A stretch of DNA of 64,000 nucleotides from an uncultured Actinomycetota bacterium (GCA_963790605.1 CAWBPG010000006.1:175994-239993); one strand, 5' to 3'; shown: positions 23,393-34,055, numbered from the stretch's first letter. Notes: generated by a model from the letters alone, not told the origin. Numbers and translations are program-made.

Positions 23393-24585
23393 GATGCCTC
23401 GCCGGGTGCGCGTTGCGCATGTCCGAGCGGGGTCGGGCTGACCAGGCGTCCGGCATCGAGTTGCGAGGAGAGGCCAATCAGCTCTCTCGCCCCCACATCC
23501 CGCTCAGACGGGTGTGGCGCATCGAGCATCTCTTCATAGAGATCCCAGGTGGCATCGATCGCGGCGTCCCACGAGGTTGCCGAAGAGGTAAGGAGGTCCG
23601 GATTGGGGATGACCGACAGCCGCGATGCCTCCTCGATCGCATCCGCCACGTCCAGCGGTGAGCTCCGGGGCGCGACGAAGATCACGCCACCTCCGACTCG
23701 CTCGGCGGCATGCCGTTGGATGGGCAGGTCGGACGCCACCACGGACACGCCCGCCACGCACGCCTCGGCCACCGCCGTTCCGGAGCTCCGCTCGCCTGGG
23801 AGGGAGACCACGACGCGCGCTGTGCGCAGCCATCTGTGGAGCACCGCGTCGGAGACCGGTCCGGTGAATTGCACGCGCGAGGACACGCGAAGGTCGTCGG
23901 CGAACGCCTGGAGACGGTCGCGCCCGGGCCCGTCACCCACCACCACGAGGCGGAACTTCGGCTCCAGACTGGCCATGGCGGCGATCGCCCGGCCCACTCC
24001 AGTGCCACGGTCGAGCCGGTCCACCGCCAGCACCACGGTGCCGGGGACGTCAAACGGCTCCGCGGACAGGATCTCCTCCGGGTCGATGCCGTCGGGTACA
24101 ACCACCGTTCGGTCCGCCGCCTGCGGGATGCCACCACACAGCAGACTCCGCTCGATCTCCGAGCGGCAGACGATCCGCGGCGCTGCCGCAATCATGGCTC
24201 GTGCGGCCCGTGTGTGGGGCCAGCCCAGGAAGGCCTCGGCGGAGGCACCCGGCGTAAGGACGAGCCGGCGAACCCGTGTGCTCGCCGCCGCCAGGGCCAG
24301 CGGTGCCTGGCGGGTATGTACGTCGATGATGTCGAACTCGCGGGAGGCGAGGCGGAGCCGTTCGCGCAGCCGTGGCGCCACCGCGAAGCGCAGAGGGCCC
24401 GCCACCGCCGCAAAGGTGCGTGTGGTCACCCCGTCACGGTGCTGGACCGAGGAGCGGACCGGACCCTGGGTCAACACCTCCACCTGTGCTCCGCGGCGCG
24501 CGAGCCCGCGGGCCAGCTGATCCACACGGCGCTCCAGCCGCCCGGGCTCCGGGAGGAAGCTCGAAGCAACGAGCGCGACCCTCAT
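23332..24585 (-). CDS. GT4-like glycosyltransferase
   Basis: MRVALV..P..G, VPDGID, VVGDGP, V.FTG.VSD, EA..GV.VVASD. Confidence 0.8.
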   Translation of the reverse strand: MRVALVASSFLPEPGRLERRVDQLARGLARRGAQVEVLTQGPVRSSVQHRDGVTTRTFAAVAGPLRFAVAPRLRERLRLASREFDIIDVHTRQAPLALAAASTRVRRLVLTPGASAEAFLGWPHTRAARAMIAAAPRIVCRSEIERSLLCGGIPQAADRTVVVPDGIDPEEILSAEPFDVPGTVVLAVDRLDRGTGVGRAIAAMASLEPKFRLVVVGDGPGRDRLQAFADDLRVSSRVQFTGPVSDAVLHRWLRTARVVVSLPGERSSGTAVAEACVAGVSVVASDLPIQRHAAERVGGGVIFVAPRSSPLDVADAIEEASRLSVIPNPDLLTSSATSWDAAIDATWDLYEEMLDAPHPSERDVGARELIGLSSQLDAGRLVSPTPLGHAQRAPGEASWWPTRGRAAHRVSGEPRWP

Positions 24586-25439
24586 GATCCCACCAGCCGG
24601 GAGGCGATGCGCGGGAGGAACGATCGCCGCGGACTCGCGACGGGAAGCTCACGCATGATCGTGCGCAGGACACGAGACCCGTCCGGCAGTGCGCGGAGGT
24701 TGCTGGTCCCGTGCAGGCGGACGTTCTCGTAGCTGGGGACCTCATGCACGATCAGCCCCGCCTTCGCGATCCGGACGTTGATCAGGGTCTCGACCTCGAA
24801 TCCATCGCAGTCGACCCGCATGTACGGGAGGCAGCGCGCCCAGAACGCGTTGTAGCCATAGCACAGGTCGGTGTAGCTGGTCCCGTAGAGCGTGTTGACG
24901 ATCGTCCGCAGCACGTGATTGCCGAGGCCGCGGGCGCGAGTGATGTCGGCGCTCGAGCCTCCCTGTGCGAACCGCGAGCCCTTGACGAAATCCGCGCCGT
25001 GGCACAGCGCGGAGACAAACCGCGGGATCTCGGCGGGGTCAGTGGACCCGTCAGCATCGAGCATGACGATGATGTCGCCCGTGCAGGCGGCGAATCCGTC
25101 CGCCATCGCGTTGCCCTTGCCCTTCCCCGATTGAGTCACGATCCGAACGCCGGGACGAAGGCTCTTGGCAACCTCGACGGTGTCGTCGCGCGAATGGCCG
25201 TCGACCAGGATCACCTCAAAAAGCCCGTCGGGCAGGCGCGAGAAGGTGTACGGCAGATTCTCGGCCTCGTTCATCGCCGGGATCACGACACTCACTCGCG
25301 GCCCGGTCGGGGCCAGGGTTGCCACTGACTGCCGCGCTCCGAGAGTGCGCGCAGCAGTGTCAAATGGATTATCCCGGCTCGTGTCGCCGAGTACATCAAG
25401 CCCCGTCGAAGACATCCGATCCTCGTTCCACTGCAACAT
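24582..25439 (-). CDS. GT2 (polyprenol-phosphate glycosyltransferase-like)
   Basis: VVIPAMNEA, VDGHSRD, GKG.A, MLDADGS, VKGSRF, FEVETL. Confidence 0.9.
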   Translation of the reverse strand: MLQWNEDRMSSTGLDVLGDTSRDNPFDTAARTLGARQSVATLAPTGPRVSVVIPAMNEAENLPYTFSRLPDGLFEVILVDGHSRDDTVEVAKSLRPGVRIVTQSGKGKGNAMADGFAACTGDIIVMLDADGSTDPAEIPRFVSALCHGADFVKGSRFAQGGSSADITRARGLGNHVLRTIVNTLYGTSYTDLCYGYNAFWARCLPYMRVDCDGFEVETLINVRIAKAGLIVHEVPSYENVRLHGTSNLRALPDGSRVLRTIMRELPVASPRRSFLPRIASRLVGS

Positions 25440-25722
25440 GGTCTGGCCCCCCAGGTATGAATTGTGATCATCGTGTGATCGCGCTCTCGATTATGGACTG
25501 TGATCGCACGACCGCAAGGGCTGTCGGGGATGACGTGACGTACCGGTTACGTCAACGGTGTGCGTCGCTCAGGGGGCGTCGCCATCCTTGATGCCCAGCG
25601 CTGGGGAAGCTGAGCCGCGAGCGGCAGGCAGTTAGCAGACGATGGTCATGGCCTTCGGTCCGCGAGCGGTCCTGGCGCGCGTCCGACGTCACCGATCGGC
25701 CCCTCGGCCGGCCTGGGGGCCG

Positions 25723-26520
25723 TCAGTCGGTGCGGGGCTCCTGCAGGTCAGCCTGCTCGACCATCTCGATCGCCCGGCGGCGATTCGGGGCACCGAGCTT
25801 GTGCAGGACAGAGGCGACGTGGCGGCGCACGGTCACCTGTGAGATCCCGAGGCGAGATGCGATCTGGGCCGTACCTTCGTGCTGGCGCAGACGCTGGAAG
25901 ACTTCGAACTCGCGGCCGGTCAGCTCGACCTCCGCCCGGTTCGGGTGGATCATTACGCGGCGCCTCATTCCGCGCTCGCGAAACTCCAGGATGAGTCGAG
26001 CGGTCATCGTGCGAGGGAGGGCGGCCTCTCCTTGCGTGACGCCGCGGATCGCATGCGCGAGACGACTCGCCCCGGTGCTCATCAGCAGATATCCGTCCGC
26101 CCCGGCTCGCAGCGCCTCGAGCAGGTCCTCGTCACGAGCTGTCCGGGTCATCATCACGATCTTCGTGTCGGGGAGCGACTGTTTGATCAAGCGCGTGACC
26201 TCAACCCCGCTCCCCGGAAGGTCGATGGCGATGATGCAGACGTCCGGCTGGTGCTCCGCCGAGAGGCGCACCGCATCGTCGGCGTGGGATGCTTCGGCGA
26301 CCACATGCAGGCCGTGAGGTTCGATGGCCCGTTTGATTCCCGCGCGGACCGCGACCTGGTCGTCGGCCACCATCACTCGGAGTTCGTCGGGGGCGGGCGC
26401 CGCGAGATCGATCCAATCCGCCTCGATCTGCGGTTCCTCCCGACGCTTCGCTGCGTGCACCCGGCTGCTCCTCTTGTTCAGATAGCACAACCTAGCACGG
26501 TTAAACGTCCACTGAGTCAC
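25723..26520 (-). CDS. NarL/LuxR response regulator with atypical receiver
   Basis: REC + HTH (LTGREFEV..IASRLGISQVTVRRHV); Ala at phospho-Asp position; true start may be ~26459. Confidence 0.85.
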   Translation of the reverse strand: MTQWTFNRARLCYLNKRSSRVHAAKRREEPQIEADWIDLAAPAPDELRVMVADDQVAVRAGIKRAIEPHGLHVVAEASHADDAVRLSAEHQPDVCIIAIDLPGSGVEVTRLIKQSLPDTKIVMMTRTARDEDLLEALRAGADGYLLMSTGASRLAHAIRGVTQGEAALPRTMTARLILEFRERGMRRRVMIHPNRAEVELTGREFEVFQRLRQHEGTAQIASRLGISQVTVRRHVASVLHKLGAPNRRRAIEMVEQADLQEPRTD

Positions 26521-26804
26521 CGTTCAGCCGTGAACGCAGGAGGGGAGAGGAAGGCCCTTGGCGGGTGGGTCGCGAGACACCACACTGTGCAACGCCAAAG
26601 CGGGCGCGTGACCGCCCGTTGAGTGAAAAAATTCTTATATAGGCGCGATCACGGCCGCCACACTCGTTCGCACGCGCGCACCTCGCTGTTAGGTGAAAAA
26701 AATCTTAGACAGCGAGGTGGCAGCGGATCGCCGCGACGGCGGACGGTGAGAGTCGGCCGTGAACTACATGCCGCGGGGTACAGGGGCAAATGAACACGGG
26801 GTTG

Positions 26805-28782
26805 ATGAGTAAGTTCTTAGGAAGACGCGGCGTGGCCGCGATCGTGAGCGGTCTGCTGGCGACGGTCGTCAGCTGGTCGATGCTCGCTGGCGTGGCGCTG
26901 GCAGCGGCGACCGTCACCACGGCGCCGACGCATTCCCGGGGACGCCGCAGGAGGGGCAGACCCTGACGGTCAACCCCGGCACGCTGGACCCGACGCGATC
27001 CGCTCGGGATCGCCGAGTACCAATGGGTGATCTGCAATCCGGGCTGCGCCGACGCGGCGCAGCAACCCGACCGGATCGACAGCTTCACGCTACCTCGGCG
27101 GACGTCGGGGCGACGATCGAGGTCGTCGGAGACGCGTGAGCGACAGCCACTGCGACCGGCGACCGTCACGGCCACCTCGGCCCCAACCGCGGCGGTGCTG
27201 CCCCTGCCGCCGGCCAACACGCGGGCGCCGACGATCTCAGGCACGCCCAGCAGGGCCAGACCCTGACGGCGACTCCGGGACGCTGGAGCGGCAACGCGCC
27301 CATCACCTACTCCGACGTATGGACGAGCGGCGGCCTGCCCAGTCGGCACTCGAACAGCTCGCGACCTACCTACGTCGGCCGCCGGCGGACGTCGGCAAGC
27401 ACCATCGCGGTCGCGGTGACGCGCGAGCGAACGCGGGCGGGAGCTCGGCGGCGGTCGACGCTCCGCGCCGACCGCGCCAGTCCTGCCGCTGCCCCGGCGA
27501 ACACGGCGCCACCCACCATCTCGGGCACGCCAGCGCAGGGCCAGGTCCTGACCGTGACGCCGGGGACCTGGCTCAACACCCCGACCTCGATCACCGAGCA
27601 GTGGGAGGACTGCGCCGGCCTGGTCTGCACCAGCGATCCCCGGCCAGACCGGGGCCACCTACACGGTCGGCCCCGGCGACGTCGGACATACGATCCAGGT
27701 CGTCGAGACTGCCTCCAACGCCGCGGCCCCGACTGGGCGTGGCCGCAACCTCCGGCGCCACGGGGACCGTGTCAGCCACCAGCGCCACGTCGGTGGTGGC
27801 CTTCTCCCCGAACACTCCGACGACCAACCAGGGCATCACGCTGGTGGCGACGGTGAGCTCGAACTCTCCCAACGCCAATCCCCACGGCTCGGTGTCGTTC
27901 TTCAACGGTTCAGCCGCGGTACCGGGCTGCGCCAACAAGGCCGTCAACGGCGGTCAGACCATCACGATCGTCTGCCAGGCCGCGTTCCCGGCGGGCCTCG
28001 CCCAGATCTCGGCCGCGTATGTGGCCGATCCCGCGAGCCTCGTGGCCGGCTCGAGCAGTGACACGACGTCGGTGAGCATCGGCAAGGGCCCAACGTCTGT
28101 CTCGCTCGCGGTGACCCCTGAGGTCGCGCCCGGCGGGCACGCAACGTACGTCGCGACGCTCGAGGTGCCGGTCAGCGACGCCGGCCCCACCCTGCCGAGC
28201 GGCTCGATCGAGTTCCTCGACGGCGGCCAGCCGATCGGCGCCTGTGCCAGCCAGGCCTTGAGCAGCCTCACGGCGACCTGCTCGGTGGGCTACCCGTCGC
28301 CGGGTACCCACAGCATCTCCGCGCTCTACAACGGCGATGCAAATTTCACCGGCTCGTCCTCGGCTGCCAGCAGCGTCCAGATCGTCAAGGGCGCCCCCAA
28401 GGCGCCGCGCGTGCACGGGGCCCTGGGCTCGACGCTGGGGTGGAGGATCTACTTCCACCCCCACTACTCCGAAGTTGCGCAGCTTGAGGCGTTTGCCATT
28501 GCCAAGGGCACGAGCATTCTCGTCCAGTGCGACGGGAAGGGGTGCCCGTTCGCCAAGTGGCATCTGTCCAAGCCGGCCCGAGCGATCAATCTTCTGTCGC
28601 GTTTCGGCCACCGCCATCTGCGGCCCGGGACGCGCGTCACGGTGCGCTTGACGCGGCGGCACTGGGTCGGCAAGTACTACTCGTTCACGATCCGCGCCGG
28701 GCGTGCGCCAATGGTCCGGAGGACGTGCCTCGCGCCGGGCGCAGTCCGGCCAGGGGTGGGTTGCACGAGCCGGTCCACCTGA
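26805..28782 (+). CDS. secreted surface protein with Ig-like repeats, two Big_3-like domains and CxGxxCP C-terminal domain (frameshifted)
   Basis: APTISGTP.QGQ.LT..PGTW repeats; PHGSVSF, PSGSIEF..GTHSISA.Y.GD.NF..S. Confidence 0.7.
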
Positions 28783-28960
28783 CGAGACGGCGCGTGATCG
28801 GAGCCCCGGGGCGGGGGCGACGATGGTCGCCGGGAGGCTCCCCGGCCAATCCCGGTCACAGGTTCTTTACAAGAAGGCTACAATTTTATGAAGTAAAGGT
28901 AGGTTCGGTGAGAGGCCTACAACGATCACCACGATGGGGCGGTTCTGTGGGGAGTCGGTT

Positions 28961-30436
28961 ATGAGGAGCACTGGGTGGCAACGCCCGCTTCAGCGCGACA
29001 GCGTTCAGCAGGACGCTTACGACGGGGCGGGGATCGTGCCCTTGGAGGCAGACCATTTCGATGTCGGCGCACTCAGGCCGGCTCAGGCGCGGACGCTTGC
29101 GCCTGTGGGGCTCGCGGTCGCCGTGGCGACCGGCATCCTCGTCGCTCTGGAGGTTCTCCGGCCGGTCCACGGCATCGATGCGGGCGCGCGGGCTGCGGTC
29201 GAGACAGCGGTCGCCGTCGCCGCCATCCTCACCTCCCGCCTCCTGATCGAGATCTTCGACCGTACTCGGCAGCTCCGAGAGCTTCTGCTCGCCCTCGGGG
29301 TCCTCGCCGTCTCGCTTGCTGACTTCTCGTACTGGGCCGGACCCGTGATCGCCGGCGTACGAGATCCCGCGTCCGGCGGGGCGGTCCGCCTGGGTTGCGA
29401 ACTGATCGGCGCGCTCGCGCTGGCGGCTGCGGCGCTCGCGCCCCCCACGTCGATCGTGCAGCCATTTCGCGGACTCGCCAAAGCCGCGGCCGTGCTTGGG
29501 CTCAGCGTGATAGCGGTCGGGACGGTGCTGGCGTCGGTCGTCGCCGCCCACCCGGCCACGGGGCCGGCGAAGGCGGCCGCAAGTGCGGTGGCGCCCTCCC
29601 TCACGCTCGGCGTACAGATGGCTTCGGCGGTCATCCTGGCCGGTGCCGGTTTCGCGTTCGTCGCCAGGGGCTGGCGCGCAGAGAGAGGGACCGAGCTCCT
29701 GGCCGCGGCCTCCCTGCTGCTCGCCGTCGCCGGCATTCAGTTCGTGACCGTCCCGACGGTGCTCGCCGACTGGGTCACGCCCCGCGAAGGCGCGCGTCTC
29801 CTCGCCTTTGCCCTCCTGCTGGGAGGCGTGTGCCTCCGCTACGCCAAGGTCCAGCGCCGCCACGCCTACACGGTCGTCTGCTCAGAGCGTGAACGGATCG
29901 CGCGCGACCTCCACGACGGGCTGGCCCAGGACCTGGCCTGCATCACCACGCAGGGGCAACGCCTCGACTGCCGGCTTGGACCTGAAGATCCGCTCATGCT
30001 CGCCACCCGTGACGCCCTCGCCGAGCTGCGCGGGATGATCGTGGACCTGACCGCGTCGACCGCCCCCACCTCGGAGGCGGCCGTGAGTCTGATCGCGCAC
30101 GAGCTTGGGCATCGTTTCGGCGTGCAGGTCAACGTGCGCTGCGACGCAGGCTCGGCGCCCACGGTTGAGAGCGGGCTGGATCTGACCCCACGGGACGACC
30201 TCATCCGCGCCGCGCGCCGAGCCATTCTGGAAGCGGCTCTGCGCGGCGACGCTCGGTACGTCGACGTCGCGTTGCTGCGCCGGGCAGGCGCTCTCGTGGT
30301 GCGCGTGTCCAGCGACGGCCACGGGGCACCCCAGACGCGGCCTGGCGGCTTGCCGTTGCGGAACTCACGGACCCGCGGCACATCTCCGTTGTCATGGGAA
30401 CGGCCGCGTCGGGCAAAACTGCGGCGCTCCGCTTGA
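28961..30436 (+). CDS. membrane sensor histidine kinase (HisKA_3) with degenerate ATPase domain
   Basis: Multiple TMs; ERERIARDLHDGLAQ; SDGHG. Confidence 0.8.
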   Translation: MRSTGWQRPLQRDSVQQDAYDGAGIVPLEADHFDVGALRPAQARTLAPVGLAVAVATGILVALEVLRPVHGIDAGARAAVETAVAVAAILTSRLLIEIFDRTRQLRELLLALGVLAVSLADFSYWAGPVIAGVRDPASGGAVRLGCELIGALALAAAALAPPTSIVQPFRGLAKAAAVLGLSVIAVGTVLASVVAAHPATGPAKAAASAVAPSLTLGVQMASAVILAGAGFAFVARGWRAERGTELLAAASLLLAVAGIQFVTVPTVLADWVTPREGARLLAFALLLGGVCLRYAKVQRRHAYTVVCSERERIARDLHDGLAQDLACITTQGQRLDCRLGPEDPLMLATRDALAELRGMIVDLTASTAPTSEAAVSLIAHELGHRFGVQVNVRCDAGSAPTVESGLDLTPRDDLIRAARRAILEAALRGDARYVDVALLRRAGALVVRVSSDGHGAPQTRPGGLPLRNSRTRGTSPLSWERPRRAKLRRSA

Positions 30437-30446
30437 TCGGCTCATC

Positions 30447-31115
30447 GTGATGAATCGCCGTGGCGCGCTGCGGGGCGATGACCCCAAGGTCATCGTCGTC
30501 GACGATCACGAGTTGTTTCGGGGCGGAGTGATTGGACTGCTCCAGGAGCGCGGTATCGAGGTCGTGGGCGAGGCAGGCCTCGCCGCGGACGGGATTCGGC
30601 AAGCGGCGGCGATCGGACCGTGCGTGGTGTTGATGGATCTCAACCTGCCCGGGATGTCGGGGGTCGAGGCGACCCAGCGGCTCACTGCCGCCGCCCCGCT
30701 GGCACGAGTCCTGGTGCTCACGGTCTTCGTCGATGATCAACACGTCATCGACGCGCTGCTGGCCGGGGCTTGTGGCTACGTGCTCAAGGACGCCCCGATC
30801 GAGCAGATCATCGAGGGCATCCGGGCGGCCGCGCGCGGGGAATCGAGCATCTCGCCACGCATCGCGAGCCGCCTGGTGCGCCGCCTTCGCGAGCCGGGCG
30901 AGATCGAGCCCTCCGTGATGGAGGAGCCGCTGACCCCGCGCGAACTGGAGGTGTTGGAACTCCTTACCCGGGGGCTCGACAACACCGAGATCGCACACGC
31001 CCTCTACCTGAGCCAGCACACCGTCAAGAACCATGTCTCCACCATCTTCAGCAAGTTGCAGGTGGAGAATCGGATTCAGGCCGCTGTGCGAGCGGTCCGT
31101 GGCGGCATGGTCTAA
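30447..31115 (+). CDS. NarL/LuxR response regulator (canonical)
   Basis: VDDH, VLMDLNLPG, GYVLK, LTPRELEVL..N.EIA..L.LS..TVKNHV. Confidence 0.92.
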   Translation: MMNRRGALRGDDPKVIVVDDHELFRGGVIGLLQERGIEVVGEAGLAADGIRQAAAIGPCVVLMDLNLPGMSGVEATQRLTAAAPLARVLVLTVFVDDQHVIDALLAGACGYVLKDAPIEQIIEGIRAAARGESSISPRIASRLVRRLREPGEIEPSVMEEPLTPRELEVLELLTRGLDNTEIAHALYLSQHTVKNHVSTIFSKLQVENRIQAAVRAVRGGMV

Positions 31116-31120
31116 CGCGT

Positions 31121-31816
31121 TCAGTGACGGGTTTGTGTGACTGAGCTTTCGCTCTTTGCCAGTAGGCGGGCGGCGGCCATGCGGTTACGAACACCGAGGC
31201 GGAGGAAGATCGACCTCACATGGAACTTGACGGTGTTCAGTGAGATGAACAGCCTCGCGCCGATCTCCTCATATGAGAACCCGTCGGCCAGCAACTTGAG
31301 CACTTCCAGCTGACGCTCCGAGAGCGCGTCCAGCGGGTCGTTGCGATCGGCCGACAGCGCTCCCTGCCACCCGGAGGGCAGGACGGCGCGCCCGTGCGCG
31401 ACATGCTCCAGGCATGCGGCGATGTCACGTCCGGCGGCGTCGGTGAGCAGCAGCCCACCGATGCCCTGGTCAAGCACGAAGCTGACGAGCGCCGGCTCCA
31501 GAACATCCGCCACGATCACGATCTCCACCCGCGGCGCCCGCCCGCGCAGTTCGCGGACGAGGTCCATCGCCAGGCGTGATTCAGCACCCGCGCCGACGAC
31601 CACGACGTCGGGCCGCTGCTCGACGATTGCATCGACTGCGCCCGCGGCCACGATCGCGCCCGTCACCGAGAAGCCCTCTCGGCTGTCGATCAGGGCTGCC
31701 AGCGCCTCGGCGATCAGGCGGCGCGGATCTGCGACCGCCACCCGCACTGGGTGGCTCGCAGGATCAAGCTCGGTGGTGGCAGTCGTGAGATGTGATCGGT
31801 GATCAGATCTCACCAT
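31121..31816 (-). CDS. NarL/LuxR regulator with pseudo-receiver
   Basis: LSERQLEVL..EIGARLFISLNTVKFHV; PDVVVVG in place of PDVVLMD. Confidence 0.85.
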   Translation of the reverse strand: MVRSDHRSHLTTATTELDPASHPVRVAVADPRRLIAEALAALIDSREGFSVTGAIVAAGAVDAIVEQRPDVVVVGAGAESRLAMDLVRELRGRAPRVEIVIVADVLEPALVSFVLDQGIGGLLLTDAAGRDIAACLEHVAHGRAVLPSGWQGALSADRNDPLDALSERQLEVLKLLADGFSYEEIGARLFISLNTVKFHVRSIFLRLGVRNRMAAARLLAKSESSVTQTRH

Positions 31817-32067
31817 TAAGTGGCTGCCACCTGCCACAGCCGGCTCGTGGCGCGACACACAGCGTTCCCCCACTCAGAGGGCGACCCGTTCCCCAAGTCG
31901 CTCTATTCAGCGCATGATGAGCTTTGCGCATGTTTAACCCTACCGTACCCTGTCAACCCGCCGCGCAATAAGAATGTTCACAAGGTGACAATGGTGAGGA
32001 CGGGCGGCCACGTACCGGTCGCCCGACCCCGCGCGGCATGGGAGCGGCGGCGGGTAGTGTTTGGCCG

Positions 32068-32661
32068 ATGGAGGCCGCCTGGATCGCCCGCGCGCGCTGG
32101 CGATGGCGTGGCGCCTGGCTGTGGCCCACGTTCGTCGTCGCCGCGATCCTCGACGGCGTGATCGCGACCATTCGGCCCTTCGTCGGCGATCGCCAGAGCC
32201 TCGCCGGTGGGGTGCTCGCAGGCCTCGTGCTCAACCTCCTCGCCGTCCTGTTCTGCTCGCGCGGGCTTGGCTTGGTGCTGCGGCGCCGGCGCGGCGACAT
32301 GCCGGTGACCGTGGCCCGCAACTATGGCGGCACATTCGCCGTCGCCTTGGTGAGCACCGGCCTGCTCGCGGTCGGGGTGGCGCGTCACGAGGGGATCGTC
32401 GATAACCAGCAGGCGCTGCGCGATGCGACCGTGCGCGCCGTCGCCTACATCGGCGACCACGCGCCGCAGACGTTCCGTGCCAACGCGCAACGAGCCGACA
32501 CGTTCACGATCCAGGCCGGCGCGATCTACCGCACGTGCACCGTCAGCCAGGACGGCAGGCGCTCCTACTGCGTGATCGTCAAGCCCCGCCTGCCATTGGA
32601 GCGCAGCGTCGTGTTCGACGGCTACGAGCCCAACTGGCTCTTCGCCGAGGGGGTCAACTAG
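32068..32661 (+). CDS. hypothetical membrane protein
   Basis: Intact ORF with ~3 TM segments and soluble C-terminus. Confidence 0.7.
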   Translation: MEAAWIARARWRWRGAWLWPTFVVAAILDGVIATIRPFVGDRQSLAGGVLAGLVLNLLAVLFCSRGLGLVLRRRRGDMPVTVARNYGGTFAVALVSTGLLAVGVARHEGIVDNQQALRDATVRAVAYIGDHAPQTFRANAQRADTFTIQAGAIYRTCTVSQDGRRSYCVIVKPRLPLERSVVFDGYEPNWLFAEGVN

Positions 32662-33060
32662 TCGCGATCGGTTCGAGCACGACAGGCAGCCGGAACAGGC
32701 TGGCGAAGCGCAGCGCGAGGAACGGGTCTCCGGTGAGCTGGAAGCGGCCGCTGGAGAGCAGCTGCGGCCAGGTGACGGCGCCGCCGGCCAGGAGGATGAG
32801 ATCGTGGCGCGTCGCGGCCCTGGCGTTCGCGCGCGGCGGGGGGCCGGAACGCACCGAGCAGCGCGCGTCGGCGATGGCCAGCGCATAGCTGGCCGGCCGG
32901 GAGTCATGGCGGATGGCCAGCTCCAGGGTGGCATCCAGGCGTGGGCCGCCGCGGTGTCGAAGCGTCGCGCGATCGCCCGCGGAAGCAGGGCCAGAATGAG
33001 ACAGTGCGCCACGCGCCCACGGTCCCGGCGGGCCACCCACCGTGCCAGGCGCCGTTTCAC
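32658..33060 (-). CDS. SCP2 sterol-binding-like domain protein (frameshifted)
   Basis: DLILLAGG..LLSSGRFQLTGDPFLALRFASLF. Confidence 0.6.
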
Positions 33061-33205
33061 GAGAGCAGATGCTCCATGGCCTCGGTGGGGTCGGCAGAGA
33101 GCATGAGCGCGTCGTCGGTGGCGACCATCCGGCCGTAGTGAGTCGACATCTCGTGTTGGATCGAGTAGGCGTCGATGTCGTAGCCCAGCTCCTCGGAGAC
33201 GTCGG
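33057..33205 (-). pseudogene. 3' remnant of an unidentified gene
   Basis: Coding-like EELGYDIDAYSIQHEMSTHYGRMV...MEHLLS, stop overlapping next start; 5' part replaced by opposite-strand fragment. Confidence 0.45.
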
Positions 33206-33850
33206 CGCCATCTACGGAAAGGTGTTCGGCTCGCCGGAGGGGATGGCGCTGCGCCTGGGGGTCGAGCAGGCCATCCGCGCGTTCCTCGACGCGGTGGAGC
33301 GCGGGGAGCGGGTGGGGGGGACCGAGTCCGACACCGACGAGCTGTGGCGGATGCTCGGCGAGGCCTCGTCTACGGCGACGAGCCGGCCGCCGATGTCGTC
33401 GAGGGCTATCTGCGCATCCAGTCCGATCACGCCGGCGAGCGCGAGCGGCGCCGGCGCCGGCTGGCGTCCGCGCTGCTCGACCCCGCCGGCCACGATCCCG
33501 AAACCGTTGCGCGTGCCGCTGACCTCGCGCAGTGGCCGCTGCCGCGCCAGGTGGCTGTGGTGCCCGTTGGCGGCGATGACCCGGCCCGCGCTGGCGCGCC
33601 GATTGGACCTCGACGTGCTCAGCGGAGCCGACGGCGACGGCCCATGGCTCGTGCTCCCCGATCCCGACGCCCGGGCCGGCGCGCCGCCGTCGACCGCGCC
33701 CTCGACCCGATCCCGACGCCCCGGGCCGGCGCGCCGCCGTCGACCGCGCCCTCGAGGGGGAGCCGGTGGCCGTCGGTCCCACCGTCGAGGTCGCCGAGGC
33801 GCACCGGTCGCTGCGCTGGGCCCGGCATGCGGACGGGGTCGTGGCCGATC
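33205..33850 (+). pseudogene. PucR/CdaR-family regulator fragment
   Basis: LRLGVEQAIRAF, ERERRRRRLASALL, WPLPRQVAVV, LVLPDPD, AVGPTV..A.RSL.WA; no start or HTH. Confidence 0.65.
33657..33755 (+). repeat. 49/50-bp tandem duplication
   Basis: cccgatcccgacgccc(c)gggccggcgcgccgccgtcgaccgcgccctcga twice. Confidence 0.9.
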
Positions 33851-33879
33851 GCGACGGACCCGTGCGCGCCGTCGATGAA

Positions 33880-34013
33880 TTCCGCGGTTTTCAGCTCCGC
33901 GGCGCGCTCCTTCATCGCGGCCGCTCCTCCTGGTTAAATGCGCTCGCGCCGGCGGAGACCGAGCTCGTGTGCGACTTCCCCGCACCCCCTTTTTCGACTG
34001 GCTTCTCAGCCAT
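33880..34013 (-). pseudogene. N-terminal fragment of a DUF1801-like protein
   Basis: MAEKPVEK...AFNQEER(A)AMKERAAELK, then no similarity. Confidence 0.5.
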
Positions 34014-34055
34014 CGTGCGGAGGCAAGCGCTCCGGTCCTTCGCGTAAGCCAGGGC

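Noticed and set aside
21701-23539. Long + strand ORF and similar antisense ORFs (e.g. 58238-59980, 45128-46600)
   Set aside because: Shadow frames of real high-GC genes on the opposite strand
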